64,000 nt of DNA from an uncultured Gammaproteobacteria bacterium (GCA_964522405.1 CAZFTR010000003.1:35711-99710), one strand, 5' to 3'. Shown: positions 10,313 to 18,417, counted from the first letter of the stretch. Made by a program: numbers and translations. Notes: generated by a model not told the origin, from the letters alone.

Positions 10313-10394
10313 CTTGGGAACACTCCTCAGTGGTACCTGGCTATGGCCGGTACCTTCAAAAGTTCAAAATTAGTTATATCATTATTTTTTGGTC

Positions 10395-10423
10395 TTGACA
10401 AGTTTAAAGACTTTTAGTATAAT
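10395..10423 (+). promoter_or_regulatory. Sigma-70 consensus promoter TTGACA-17-TATAAT for the rpmH-rnpA-yidD operon
   Basis: Exact consensus hexamers with 17-nt spacer, about 70 nt upstream of the rpmH ATG. Confidence 0.65.
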
Positions 10424-10494
10424 TTTTGCACTATTCCTTTTAGTTTTGGTCTGGCTGGCCACAAGCTAGAAATTTCGAAAAAACTGATAAATAT

Positions 10495-10671
10495 ATGCCG
10501 AAAAGAACTTATCAACCAAAGAAGCGTAAAAGAGCTAAAACTCATGGTTTTTTTGCTAGAATGGCTACAAAGACTGGACGTAAGCTTCTTAAGAGAAGAA
10601 GAGCAAAGTCTAGAAAACAACTTACTGTAAGTGATGAAAAGAAAGGAAAACGCTTGAGAAAAACTAGATAA
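10495..10671 (+). CDS. rpmH: 50S ribosomal protein L34, with a roughly 13-aa basic C-terminal extension; absent from the ORF track because it is only 58 codons long
   Basis: Hand translation: [58 protein letters not shown]. Canonical L34 core. Conserved position before rnpA. Confidence 0.9.
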   Translation: MPKRTYQPKKRKRAKTHGFFARMATKTGRKLLKRRRAKSRKQLTVSDEKKGKRLRKTR

Positions 10672-10749
10672 TTAGCTAAAATTAGCAGAAAATCTCGCCT
10701 AGGCGAGATTTTTGTGTTATAATATGCTTGCTGTTTGTTAATATTTTCT

Positions 10750-11127
10750 ATGATCCCCAAAGAAAATCGTCTAAAACATATGAAGGATTTTGATATTCTC
10801 TGGAAAGAGGGTAATTTTGTAAATTCCAAATATCTCTCAGCAAAGGTTTGGAAAATAGAGCCTGAGAAGTATGAAAGGCGTGGTTATTCAGTAGAGGATC
10901 TTAAAATTGGCTTTGTTGTGGGAAAAAAAGTTCATAAAAGTGCTGTAAAGCGTAACAAAATCAAGCGTCAGATGCGTGAAGTTGTGCGATTGCTCTTAAA
11001 GAGTGATAAGTTGAATCCTGGGTTTATGCTTGCTTTTACTGCAAAACCAGGTGTAGTTGGTGCTGAGTATGAGGAAATTAGTCAAAATACTGTTGATATT
11101 TTGAAAAAAGCAAGGATTTTGAGATAA
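10750..11127 (+). CDS. rnpA: RNase P protein component
   Basis: IPKENRLKHMKDFD N-terminus and RNR-like motif AVKRNKIKRQMRE. Position between rpmH and yidD. The ORF-track start at 10735 is probably 5 codons too long. Confidence 0.85.
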   Translation: MIPKENRLKHMKDFDILWKEGNFVNSKYLSAKVWKIEPEKYERRGYSVEDLKIGFVVGKKVHKSAVKRNKIKRQMREVVRLLLKSDKLNPGFMLAFTAKPGVVGAEYEEISQNTVDILKKARILR

Positions 11128-11139
11128 TTTGGCTAGTTT

Positions 11140-11415
11140 ATGCGAAGAATATTAAAATATCCACGAAAACCAGCACTTTTTTTAATAAGGGTTTATCAGA
11201 AATTCCTTTCACCTGATCATGGGCCTCTTAGGAATAAGTATCCTTATGGGTACTGCAAGTATTATCCTTCCTGTAGCCAGTATAGTTATGAAATTATTGA
11301 AAAAAAAGGTTTGGTTGTAGGTGTACCAAAATCTGTTTGGAGAATTCTGCGCTGCAATCCCTTTTCTGAGGGTGGGATTGATGAGCCTTATGAAAAAGAA
11401 AAAACTGACTGTTAG
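11140..11415 (+). CDS. yidD: Membrane protein insertion efficiency factor YidD
   Basis: YQKFLSP...CKYYPSCSQYSYEII...RILRCNPFSEGGIDEP matches the YidD signature. yidC, which normally follows, is not present. Confidence 0.85.
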   Translation: MRRILKYPRKPALFLIRVYQKFLSPDHGPLRNKYPYGYCKYYPSCSQYSYEIIEKKGLVVGVPKSVWRILRCNPFSEGGIDEPYEKEKTDC

Positions 11416-11426
11416 TCAGTTTTTAG
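11403..11426 (+). terminator. Hairpin AACTGAC-TGTTA-GTCAGTT plus a T-run, overlapping the yidD stop
   Basis: Read directly from sequence. Confidence 0.55.
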
Positions 11427-11645
11427 TTAGGGTTGTCATCAGCGATCGGAACACCTACGAAGTCCTGTCGCTCGCGAGCGACAGGACGAAGTAAGGGGTG
11501 AAGTGGAGAGGCCCCTTTCAATATGGTGAACGAATCGATTAAATGTTACTTTGATTATATAGAAAGGGATCCCTCGGCTTCATTTTTCTTTCAGAAAATT
11601 CCGCTCGGGATGACAGTTTATCCCCTTTTTTCCTTTTATGATTTA

Positions 11646-11873
11646 TCAACCATGAAGTTTAATAGTTTTCAATCTCGAAGTTTTTCCTCTTACTATTTCA
11701 ATTTTAGATTTCGGCATTTTCCAGTTCTTACTTAAAAATTGAATAAGAGATTTATTTGCTTCTCCATGAGTTGGAGGAGCTTTTAATTTTACTTTAATCG
11801 TCCCATCTTCCATTTCTCCAACAATTTCATTTTTAGAAGATCGAGGAATTAATTTTATTTTAATTAGTTTCAT
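11646..11873 (-). CDS. YggU/DUF167 (UPF0235) family small protein
   Basis: KVKLKAPPTHGEANKSLIQFLSK...IEIVRGKTSRLKTIKL matches the DUF167 signature. Confidence 0.75.
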   Translation of the reverse strand: MKLIKIKLIPRSSKNEIVGEMEDGTIKVKLKAPPTHGEANKSLIQFLSKNWKMPKSKIEIVRGKTSRLKTIKLHG

Positions 11874-11964
11874 AAGTTTTATTTCACTTTAAATCATAAT
11901 ATAAAATTAACAAAAATAAAACCACTCTTGCATAAGAGTGGTTTAGAAAATATTTTTTTAGTTT

Positions 11965-13323
11965 TTATTTTGCTTCTTTTTCTTCTTTCTTTTCTTCCTG
12001 CCTGTCGGCAGACACGGCAACTTTTTCAGAAGCTTTTTCTTCGCCAACAAATTTTTCTTTTAAAAATACAGTTACTTTTTTGTTGGCTAAAACATTTCTA
12101 ATAGTATCTTTTACTTCTGCGTGTCCAAGATTTTCCATTGCCTGAGGATCATCTTTGTAAGTTTGCTTCATGGTTTCAATTTCTTTTTCAAGTTCTTCGT
12201 CACTTACGGTGATATTGTTTTCAGTAGCAACATGGCGTGAAAGAAGACTTGCTTTGGCTCGCTTAGTAGCTTGAGTTTTGAAATCTTCAAATAATTCTTC
12301 TTCTGTTTTTTTGATATCAGCCATGTATTTCTCTACGCTAATTCCATGTCTATCCAAGTCTCTTTGAAGTTCATAAAACATTTTTTTGCGTTCAGCGTCT
12401 ACTATCACAACTGGGATTTCATCAAATTTACTTTTTTCAATAAGAGTATCAAAGATTTCAATCTCAAGTTTTTGTTCAGCTTTTTGCGCTTCTTCTGCTT
12501 CTAAATTTTTCTTCAGTAGTGCTTTTAGATCTTCAAGAGATTTTTGTCCAAGAGATTTTGCAAACTCATCATCAATTGCAGGAAATTGTCTTTCAAAAAC
12601 ATCTTTTACTTTTATTTCAAAAGTTGCTGGTTTTCCAGCAAGGTTTTTCTGATAATATTCTTTTGGAAAAGTTAATTCAAAAGATTTTTCATCATCTTTT
12701 TTTACACCGATAAGTTGTTCGTTGAATCCGGGAATATGTCTTCCTTCTTCTGAAAGATAAACTCGATAATCTTTTGCTTGGCCGCCCTCTACTGGAACTC
12801 CATCTTGCTTAAGATCCATATCAATCAAAACCATGTCATCTTTTGTCGAAGCTCCGCTCTTAACAACCTCTTTTGCTTGCATCTTGGTGAGATTTTCAAG
12901 CATTTCATCGGCTTCTTTGTCTGTAACTTCTTTGGTTTTCTTGGAAATTTTAATTTTGTCCAGATCAGCAAGTTCAACTTTTGGAAGAAGTGCCACAATT
13001 GCTTTGTAAACCAGGTCATTTCCTGGTGCAATCTTTTCAATATCAATTTGAGGCATACCAATAGTTTCCACGTCTTCTTCTTTTGCTGCAGCATAAAAAG
13101 TTCTCTGAACTATAGTTTCCAGAGCTTCTTGAAGAATTGCCATTTCTCCAACTTCCTTTTTTATAATATCATAAGGAGCTTTCCCCTTTCGAAAACCCTT
13201 AATAGCTGTTTTATTAGAGATCTTAATAGCTGCTTTCTTCATATCAGCCTCATATTCCTCGGGTTTTACTGTGATTACAAGCTCAACTTGAGACTGTGGA
13301 AGTGTTTTTGAAGTGTGTGACAT
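11965..13323 (-). CDS. tig: Trigger factor (ribosome-associated chaperone / PPIase)
   Basis: N-terminal ribosome-binding signature GFRKGKAP, roughly 450-aa three-domain layout, and a highly charged C-terminus. Confidence 0.9.
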   Translation of the reverse strand: MSHTSKTLPQSQVELVITVKPEEYEADMKKAAIKISNKTAIKGFRKGKAPYDIIKKEVGEMAILQEALETIVQRTFYAAAKEEDVETIGMPQIDIEKIAPGNDLVYKAIVALLPKVELADLDKIKISKKTKEVTDKEADEMLENLTKMQAKEVVKSGASTKDDMVLIDMDLKQDGVPVEGGQAKDYRVYLSEEGRHIPGFNEQLIGVKKDDEKSFELTFPKEYYQKNLAGKPATFEIKVKDVFERQFPAIDDEFAKSLGQKSLEDLKALLKKNLEAEEAQKAEQKLEIEIFDTLIEKSKFDEIPVVIVDAERKKMFYELQRDLDRHGISVEKYMADIKKTEEELFEDFKTQATKRAKASLLSRHVATENNITVSDEELEKEIETMKQTYKDDPQAMENLGHAEVKDTIRNVLANKKVTVFLKEKFVGEEKASEKVAVSADRQEEKKEEKEAK

Positions 13324-13445
13324 AAATATTATTTAATTTATTATCTAATAACAGCAACATTATGCGTTATTTTGCCTAAAATGTCAAGGATTTAAGGAAT
13401 AAAATAGCTAGCCCAAGACCTCTCAACATGTTACAATATAGGGGT

Positions 13446-16136
13446 ATGAAAAAACAAAACTTCGTAATAATTGATGGAAATGCCATAATTCACCGGGCTT
13501 ATCATGCTCTTCCTCCTCTTACTGCTCGGGACGGAACTGTGGTAAATGCAGTTTATGGCTTTACTTCCATGCTTCTCAAGGTTTTAAATCATTTAAAACC
13601 TGATTATCTAGCAGTTAGTTTTGATTTACCAGGTGGAACCTTTCGAGATGAGATTTATGAGGATTATAAGGCAACCAGAGTAAAGGCAGACCAGGAGCTA
13701 TATGACCAAATTCCACTTGCTCATGAGGTGGTAGAAGCTTTTGATATACCAATATATACCAAAGAAGGCTATGAGGCAGATGATGTCATCGGTACAATCA
13801 CTCATAAAACCAAGAAACTCAAAGTAAAAGGCATAACTAGCATAATTGTTTCAGGAGATAAGGATCTTCTTCAGTTGGTAGATGATCAAAAAGTAGAGGT
13901 TTACCTGCTTAGAAAGGGGATTTCAGAGTATGAACTCTATGATGACAAGGCTGTTGAAGAGCGTTTTGGCTTTGGTCCTGAGTATATAGTGGATTTTAAG
14001 TCGCTTATGGGTGACAGTTCTGACAATATTCCCGGTGTGGCAGGTGTTGGTAAGAAAACAGCCACAGATTTGATTCAAAAAGTAGGTGGATTAGATAAAA
14101 TATACAAAAATCTTGATAAATTAGAGGATTTTGGCATAAAGGGGTCAGTTAAGAAGAAACTTGAAGCAGATGAGGACAATGCTCGCATGAGTAAGGAATT
14201 GGCTCAAATCCATACAGATGTAAAAGACATTAAGTTTTCTATCAAAGATTGCGTAGTTTCAGAGTTAAATATAGAGGAAATAAAGGAATTATTTAAAAAA
14301 TTTGAGTTTTATTCTCTCATAAATCGACTTCCTGGGGTTAAAGCTAGCGAAAGAAAAGCCAGCAAATCTTCAAAAAAAGAAAAAACTAGAAATATTGAGT
14401 TAGATGAGCTGGTTTCTTCTCTCAAAAAAGCAGAAAGTTTTTATTGTAAAGAAGTTCTCGACGGAAAAGATTTATTTTCAGACAAGTTAAGAGGATTGGT
14501 TTTTGTTACCGGAGGGGAATCAAGTTTTCTGGAACTAAATTGGCTTCCAGGAAAAACAGAAATTCAAAAAAAAGATCTGAAGAGTTTTAATCAGATTTTT
14601 TCAGATCAAGAAAAGACCCTTGTTGGTCATGATTTGAAGAAATTAATAAAATCATTGGATGTTTTTGGTTTGGGTGTTGAAAATCAGCTTTTTGATGTTA
14701 TGGTTGCCTCATACATAATAGATTCTAGTAGTAGAAATCATGATTTGGCTAGTGTGGTTTTGAGAGAAACAGGAAAAGAACTACACAAATCAAATGAACA
14801 GGGTACTTTGTTTGGGGTAGATCCTTCAGTGGTTGCCACACATGGATCATATATTCTAGAAGTCCAGGAAAAACAAGTAGAAAAATTAAAAAAGGACGCA
14901 AATCTGGGACTTTTTGAAAAAATAGAAATGCCACTTATTCCGGTTCTGGCAGAAATGGAGTTTAATGGAATTGCAGTTGATAGTAAACTTCTCAATGGTT
15001 TGTCAGAGCGAGCCACAAGTACTATAAATAAACTAAATAAGAAAATTTGGAAAGAAGCAGGGGAAGAATTCAATGTAGCCTCATCAGTTCAGCTTCGTGA
15101 AATTCTTTTTGAAAAAATGGAACTACCAACAGAGGGAATTAAAAAAGGAAAAACAGGATATTCAACTGCCTCCTCAGAGCTAGAAAAGCTTAGAGGGTTT
15201 AGTCCTGTAATAGAAATGATAGAAGAGTTTAGAGAGGTTTCAAAACTTCAGAATACCTATACAGATGTTTTGCCAGGTTTGGTAAACAAAAATACAAGAA
15301 GAATACACACTACATTTAATCAGGCAGTAACTACAACCGGAAGATTATCCAGTTCAGATCCAAATTTACAAAATATACCGATACGAACAGAACTTGGCAG
15401 AGAAATAAGAAATGCTTTTGTTTCAGAAAAAGGAAATACACTGATAGCGGCAGATTATTCACAGATTGAACTTAGGATTGTGGCCTCACTGGCGCAGGAT
15501 AAAACACTTTTGGAGATTTTTAAAAAAGGAGAAGATGTGCACAAAGCAACTGCAGCAGCCATAAATGGAGTTCCGCTTAAGGATGTAACCAAAGAAATGA
15601 GAAGTGCAGCCAAAGAGGTAAATTTTGGAGTGCTCTATGGTATGGGAGCTTTTGGGTTGTCAATGAGAACCGGAATTCCTGCTTGGCAAGCAAAAGAATT
15701 TATAGAAAAATATTTTGAAAAGTTTAGTGGAGTGAAAAAATACCTGGATCAAACACTTAAGTTCGCCAAAAAAGAAGGATATGTAGAAACGCTTTTTGGA
15801 AGACGAAGATATATAGTGGAATTAAAATCCCAAAATTATCAAATCAGAAGTGCGGGAGAGAGAATGGCAATCAATATGCCGATTCAAGGAACAGCAGCAG
15901 ACTTGATGAAAATGGCCATGATAAAAGTTTTTCAGAAAATAAAAGAAATAAAGAATTATCGTCAAAAAATAAGGATGATTTTACAGGTTCATGATGAATT
16001 GGTACTGGAAGTGGGCAAAGGAATGGAAAAAGAGATTTCAGAATTGGTAAAAGAAGAAATGGAAAATGTCACTGAGCTTAGAGTTCCAATAGAAGTTCAT
16101 GTTGGCGCGGGGAAAAGTTGGGGCGGGATAAAATAA
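13446..16136 (+). CDS. polA: DNA polymerase I
   Basis: 5' nuclease N-terminus (IIDGNAIIHRAYHAL). Polymerase motifs RRIHTTFNQAVTTTGRLSSSDPNLQNIP, DYSQIELR and QVHDELV. The ORF-track start at 13428 is probably 6 codons too long. Confidence 0.95.
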   Translation: MKKQNFVIIDGNAIIHRAYHALPPLTARDGTVVNAVYGFTSMLLKVLNHLKPDYLAVSFDLPGGTFRDEIYEDYKATRVKADQELYDQIPLAHEVVEAFDIPIYTKEGYEADDVIGTITHKTKKLKVKGITSIIVSGDKDLLQLVDDQKVEVYLLRKGISEYELYDDKAVEERFGFGPEYIVDFKSLMGDSSDNIPGVAGVGKKTATDLIQKVGGLDKIYKNLDKLEDFGIKGSVKKKLEADEDNARMSKELAQIHTDVKDIKFSIKDCVVSELNIEEIKELFKKFEFYSLINRLPGVKASERKASKSSKKEKTRNIELDELVSSLKKAESFYCKEVLDGKDLFSDKLRGLVFVTGGESSFLELNWLPGKTEIQKKDLKSFNQIFSDQEKTLVGHDLKKLIKSLDVFGLGVENQLFDVMVASYIIDSSSRNHDLASVVLRETGKELHKSNEQGTLFGVDPSVVATHGSYILEVQEKQVEKLKKDANLGLFEKIEMPLIPVLAEMEFNGIAVDSKLLNGLSERATSTINKLNKKIWKEAGEEFNVASSVQLREILFEKMELPTEGIKKGKTGYSTASSELEKLRGFSPVIEMIEEFREVSKLQNTYTDVLPGLVNKNTRRIHTTFNQAVTTTGRLSSSDPNLQNIPIRTELGREIRNAFVSEKGNTLIAADYSQIELRIVASLAQDKTLLEIFKKGEDVHKATAAAINGVPLKDVTKEMRSAAKEVNFGVLYGMGAFGLSMRTGIPAWQAKEFIEKYFEKFSGVKKYLDQTLKFAKKEGYVETLFGRRRYIVELKSQNYQIRSAGERMAINMPIQGTAADLMKMAMIKVFQKIKEIKNYRQKIRMILQVHDELVLEVGKGMEKEISELVKEEMENVTELRVPIEVHVGAGKSWGGIK

Positions 16137-16175
16137 TGAGTCTAAAGAGAAAAGTATAAAGGTGAACGGTGGAAA

Positions 16176-16202
16176 AATTCTGATGTAAGTCAGAATTTTT
16201 TA
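16176..16202 (+). terminator. polA terminator AATTCTGA-TGTAAG-TCAGAATT plus TTTTT
   Basis: Read directly from sequence. Confidence 0.65.
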
Positions 16203-16228
16203 TTGTGAAAACTGAAAAGTTCGGCGTA

Positions 16229-16628
16229 AATAAAAACGCCCCGATGGTCAATCGGAGCGCGTTTGCTGCTGAAGGGTGGCGGGGCTCGGAGAGTCCCGCC
16301 GACGAGTCCTGATGGTCGGCTGCTGGAACAGCCAACCGGATCTCGCCGCCCACTCAGCGCAGCGCGCAGCTCAACGAGGGAAGAGACCCCTCGCAGGCCA
16401 TCGGCACCTGAAGACCCAGGCGCGTAGCACACCGTTAGCCGCTTTGTGGACATCGTCCATTAAAGCACACTTTCTGAGTCTTGTCAAGCAGTTGCGCGCC
16501 TCACCGCTGCCCTCGACAGGCGGCAAAGGAGGACGCAATGCGCTCATCGTCACCGCCCGAACTTCGTCGTCAACCACCAGGCCCTCTGCCTGAGCTTCGC
16601 TTCAGTCCTGAAGATGAGGCTCTTTAAT
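16229..16628 (+). ncRNA. Candidate structured RNA 'element A': GC-rich, non-coding-looking, paralogous to element B at 28971-29215; family not identified
   Basis: No credible ORF of 60 aa or more. Preceded by a -10-like TAAATA and bounded by the polA terminator and a 20-bp inverted-repeat terminator. Its 5' 80 nt align with element B with compensatory hairpin changes. Strand is inferred from promoter and terminator placement. Confidence 0.45.
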
Positions 16629-16650
16629 ATTGTCAGGATGGTTATAAAGT

Positions 16651-16703
16651 ATCCAAACAAAAAATACAGCCAAAAGCTGTATTTTTTGTTTGGATTTTTT
16701 TTG
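16651..16703. terminator. Bidirectional terminator: 20-bp perfect inverted repeat ATCCAAACAAAAAATACAGC-CAAAA-GCTGTATTTTTTGTTTGGAT followed by T-run
   Basis: Read directly. It separates element A (+) from the convergent ndh-like gene (-). Confidence 0.75.
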
Positions 16704-16721
16704 TAGATTGACGACTTTAGT

Positions 16722-17948
16722 TTAATCCTCAATATCAACAATATATCTAAAACCAAAACCGTGCAGAGTCCAGTCAATGGCAATTTTCAATTTACGCATA
16801 AAACCAGGCATAAAAAGTAGATAAACAGTACGACGAATCCACCAGGCCAATCTTCCAAATAATACAAAATTGCCAATAATCATCACACCATACCAGTCAC
16901 CAATAGGCATTAGCACTCCTCTTGGTTTAAACATAAAAGGTCTGGTTTTTTTAGTTCTATAAGTTCTAGAGATGTGCTTAGCAACATACTGAGCTTCTTT
17001 GTGAGCAGCTTCAGCAAGCTGAGGATAAGGAATATTACTGTCAGGATCAAGGAGAAGCATAATATCTCCAATAGCGTAGAGAGAAGGATCATTTATGTGG
17101 GTGAGTTTATTGGTAACCGGAATTCTGCCTTTTTGAGTATGAGATTTTGCCAGAAATTTATCAGCAATATTGCTAAATCCGGTAGTCCAAATAGTAATAT
17201 CGCTTTTAATTGTTTTGTCACTATCAAGTACAACGCTATCAGCTCTTACTTCTTTTACACGGGTTCGCAAATAAGTTTTAATTCCTCTTTTTCTGAATCT
17301 GTTTGTTATTTTCTTGCGAACTTTTTCGGGCATGACCTTAAGAAGAAGATCTCCGGATTCAACAATACTGATGTTTACTTTGATATGAGGATAGAGTTTA
17401 GCTACATCTCTCTCAACAAAATCGCAAAATTGACCGGCAACCTCAACACCTGTAAATCCACCTCCGGCAACAACAATTTCCAGATTTTTTTGACTACAAT
17501 TTTCAAGTTTTTTGATAATTTCCTCATGAAGATCAACAGCACCCTTGAGACTTCGCACATGATGCGAAAATTTCTCTGCACCTTTTACTCCGAAATAGTT
17601 AGTAGTGCTACCAAGGGCAACAACACAGTATTCATAACTAATTTCCCCCATGCTTGTAACAACTTTTTTGGATTTTGGTTGAATTTTTTTTATTTCAGCT
17701 TTTATAAAACTGTGGGGAGTATGATGAACCAATTCGCGAAGAGGGACAGCACAATGATTTGGCTCTATAGAGCCGGCAGCAGCTTCATGAAGCATGGGAA
17801 CAAAAGTAAAATAATTGTTTTTATCAACAATGGTAATTTTTTTGTTGATGTTTTTCTTCTTTAGAAGTTTAGAAAGCGAGCGAAAAGTCTCATAGCCTCC
17901 AATACCAGCTCCAAGAATTAGAATATCAGTTTTTATATTTTTATGCAT
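16722..17948 (-). CDS. ndh: Type II NADH dehydrogenase-like FAD/NAD(P)-binding oxidoreductase with a C-terminal membrane anchor
   Basis: Dinucleotide-binding GAGIGG at the N-terminus, a second GxGxxG (AGGGFTGVE), and a hydrophobic C-terminal tail. Confidence 0.75.
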   Translation of the reverse strand: MHKNIKTDILILGAGIGGYETFRSLSKLLKKKNINKKITIVDKNNYFTFVPMLHEAAAGSIEPNHCAVPLRELVHHTPHSFIKAEIKKIQPKSKKVVTSMGEISYEYCVVALGSTTNYFGVKGAEKFSHHVRSLKGAVDLHEEIIKKLENCSQKNLEIVVAGGGFTGVEVAGQFCDFVERDVAKLYPHIKVNISIVESGDLLLKVMPEKVRKKITNRFRKRGIKTYLRTRVKEVRADSVVLDSDKTIKSDITIWTTGFSNIADKFLAKSHTQKGRIPVTNKLTHINDPSLYAIGDIMLLLDPDSNIPYPQLAEAAHKEAQYVAKHISRTYRTKKTRPFMFKPRGVLMPIGDWYGVMIIGNFVLFGRLAWWIRRTVYLLFMPGFMRKLKIAIDWTLHGFGFRYIVDIED

Positions 17949-18003
17949 AAGATTATATCCCCCCTCCTTGAAAAGGAGGGGGTTAGGGGGTAGTTATCAA
18001 TAA

Positions 18004-18417
18004 TTATTTTTTAGAGGATTTTTTTATGAGAAGAGATTTGATTTCATCAAGGTCTTTTTGCATGTCCTGGATTTCGCGTTCAGCTTTTCTGTTTACTGCA
18101 TAGTCATATTTAGCAGTAATTCTGTCCCGTTCAGTTTGTCTGTTCTGGCTCATAAGGATAATAGGAGCCTGAATAGCTGCAACACAAGATAAAATTAGAT
18201 TGAGAAGAATAAAAGGGTATGGATCCCATTGATTGCTCCAGGCAGCCACATTGATCATCATCCAAAAAACTAAGAAAGTTAAGAAAATAATAATAAATAA
18301 CCAACTTCCAAAAAAAGAAGTAATGCTGTCAGTTGATCGTTGTCCAAGAGTTAACTTTTTTTTACCGGCTATTACCGGATGCTCTCCAGTTTTTCTATGT
18401 TTAAAAGGAATTTTCAT
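18004..18417 (-). CDS. DUF1003-family membrane protein
   Basis: WDPYPFILLNLILSCVAAIQAPIILMSQNRQ...RD matches the DUF1003 signature. Two TM helices. Confidence 0.7.
   Translation of the reverse strand: MKIPFKHRKTGEHPVIAGKKKLTLGQRSTDSITSFFGSWLFIIIFLTFLVFWMMINVAAWSNQWDPYPFILLNLILSCVAAIQAPIILMSQNRQTERDRITAKYDYAVNRKAEREIQDMQKDLDEIKSLLIKKSSKK

Noticed and set aside
10330-10355. Two KpnI sites (GGTACC) 11 nt apart at the PGBD gene boundary, and a BamHI-containing GGGATCCC near tRNA-Cys, as evidence of cloning or engineering
   Set aside because: Six-cutter sites occur by chance at this frequency in 64 kb. They are noted but not treated as evidence of an artificial construct.
10052-10417. 121-aa plus-strand ORF and neighbouring small ORFs opposite the PGBD gene
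   Set aside because: Antisense frames inside a GC-rich gene. Only the minus-strand frame shows the PGBD repeat motifs.
12778-13311. 177-aa plus-strand ORF (and others) opposite tig; 16974..17864 opposite ndh; 21558..21884 opposite holA
   Set aside because: Low-complexity Phe/Asn/Leu/Ser-rich antisense frames of well-supported genes in AT-rich DNA.
16276-16593. 105-aa ORF within element A (and the 75-aa ORF 28986..29213 within element B)
   Set aside because: Arg/Ser/Ala/Pro-rich junk-like translations with no Shine-Dalgarno. The conserved features between A and B are hairpins with compensatory changes, not a shared reading frame.
16229-16628. Assigning element A to RNase P RNA, tmRNA or SRP RNA
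   Set aside because: I compared by eye against the E. coli M1 RNA P4/CR-I (GGAAAGUCCGGGCUCC) and CR-V (ACAGAACCCGGCUUA), the tmRNA acceptor/T-arm/tag, and the 4.5S domain IV. No convincing matches were found, only vague resemblances. The element is left unclassified pending a covariance-model search.
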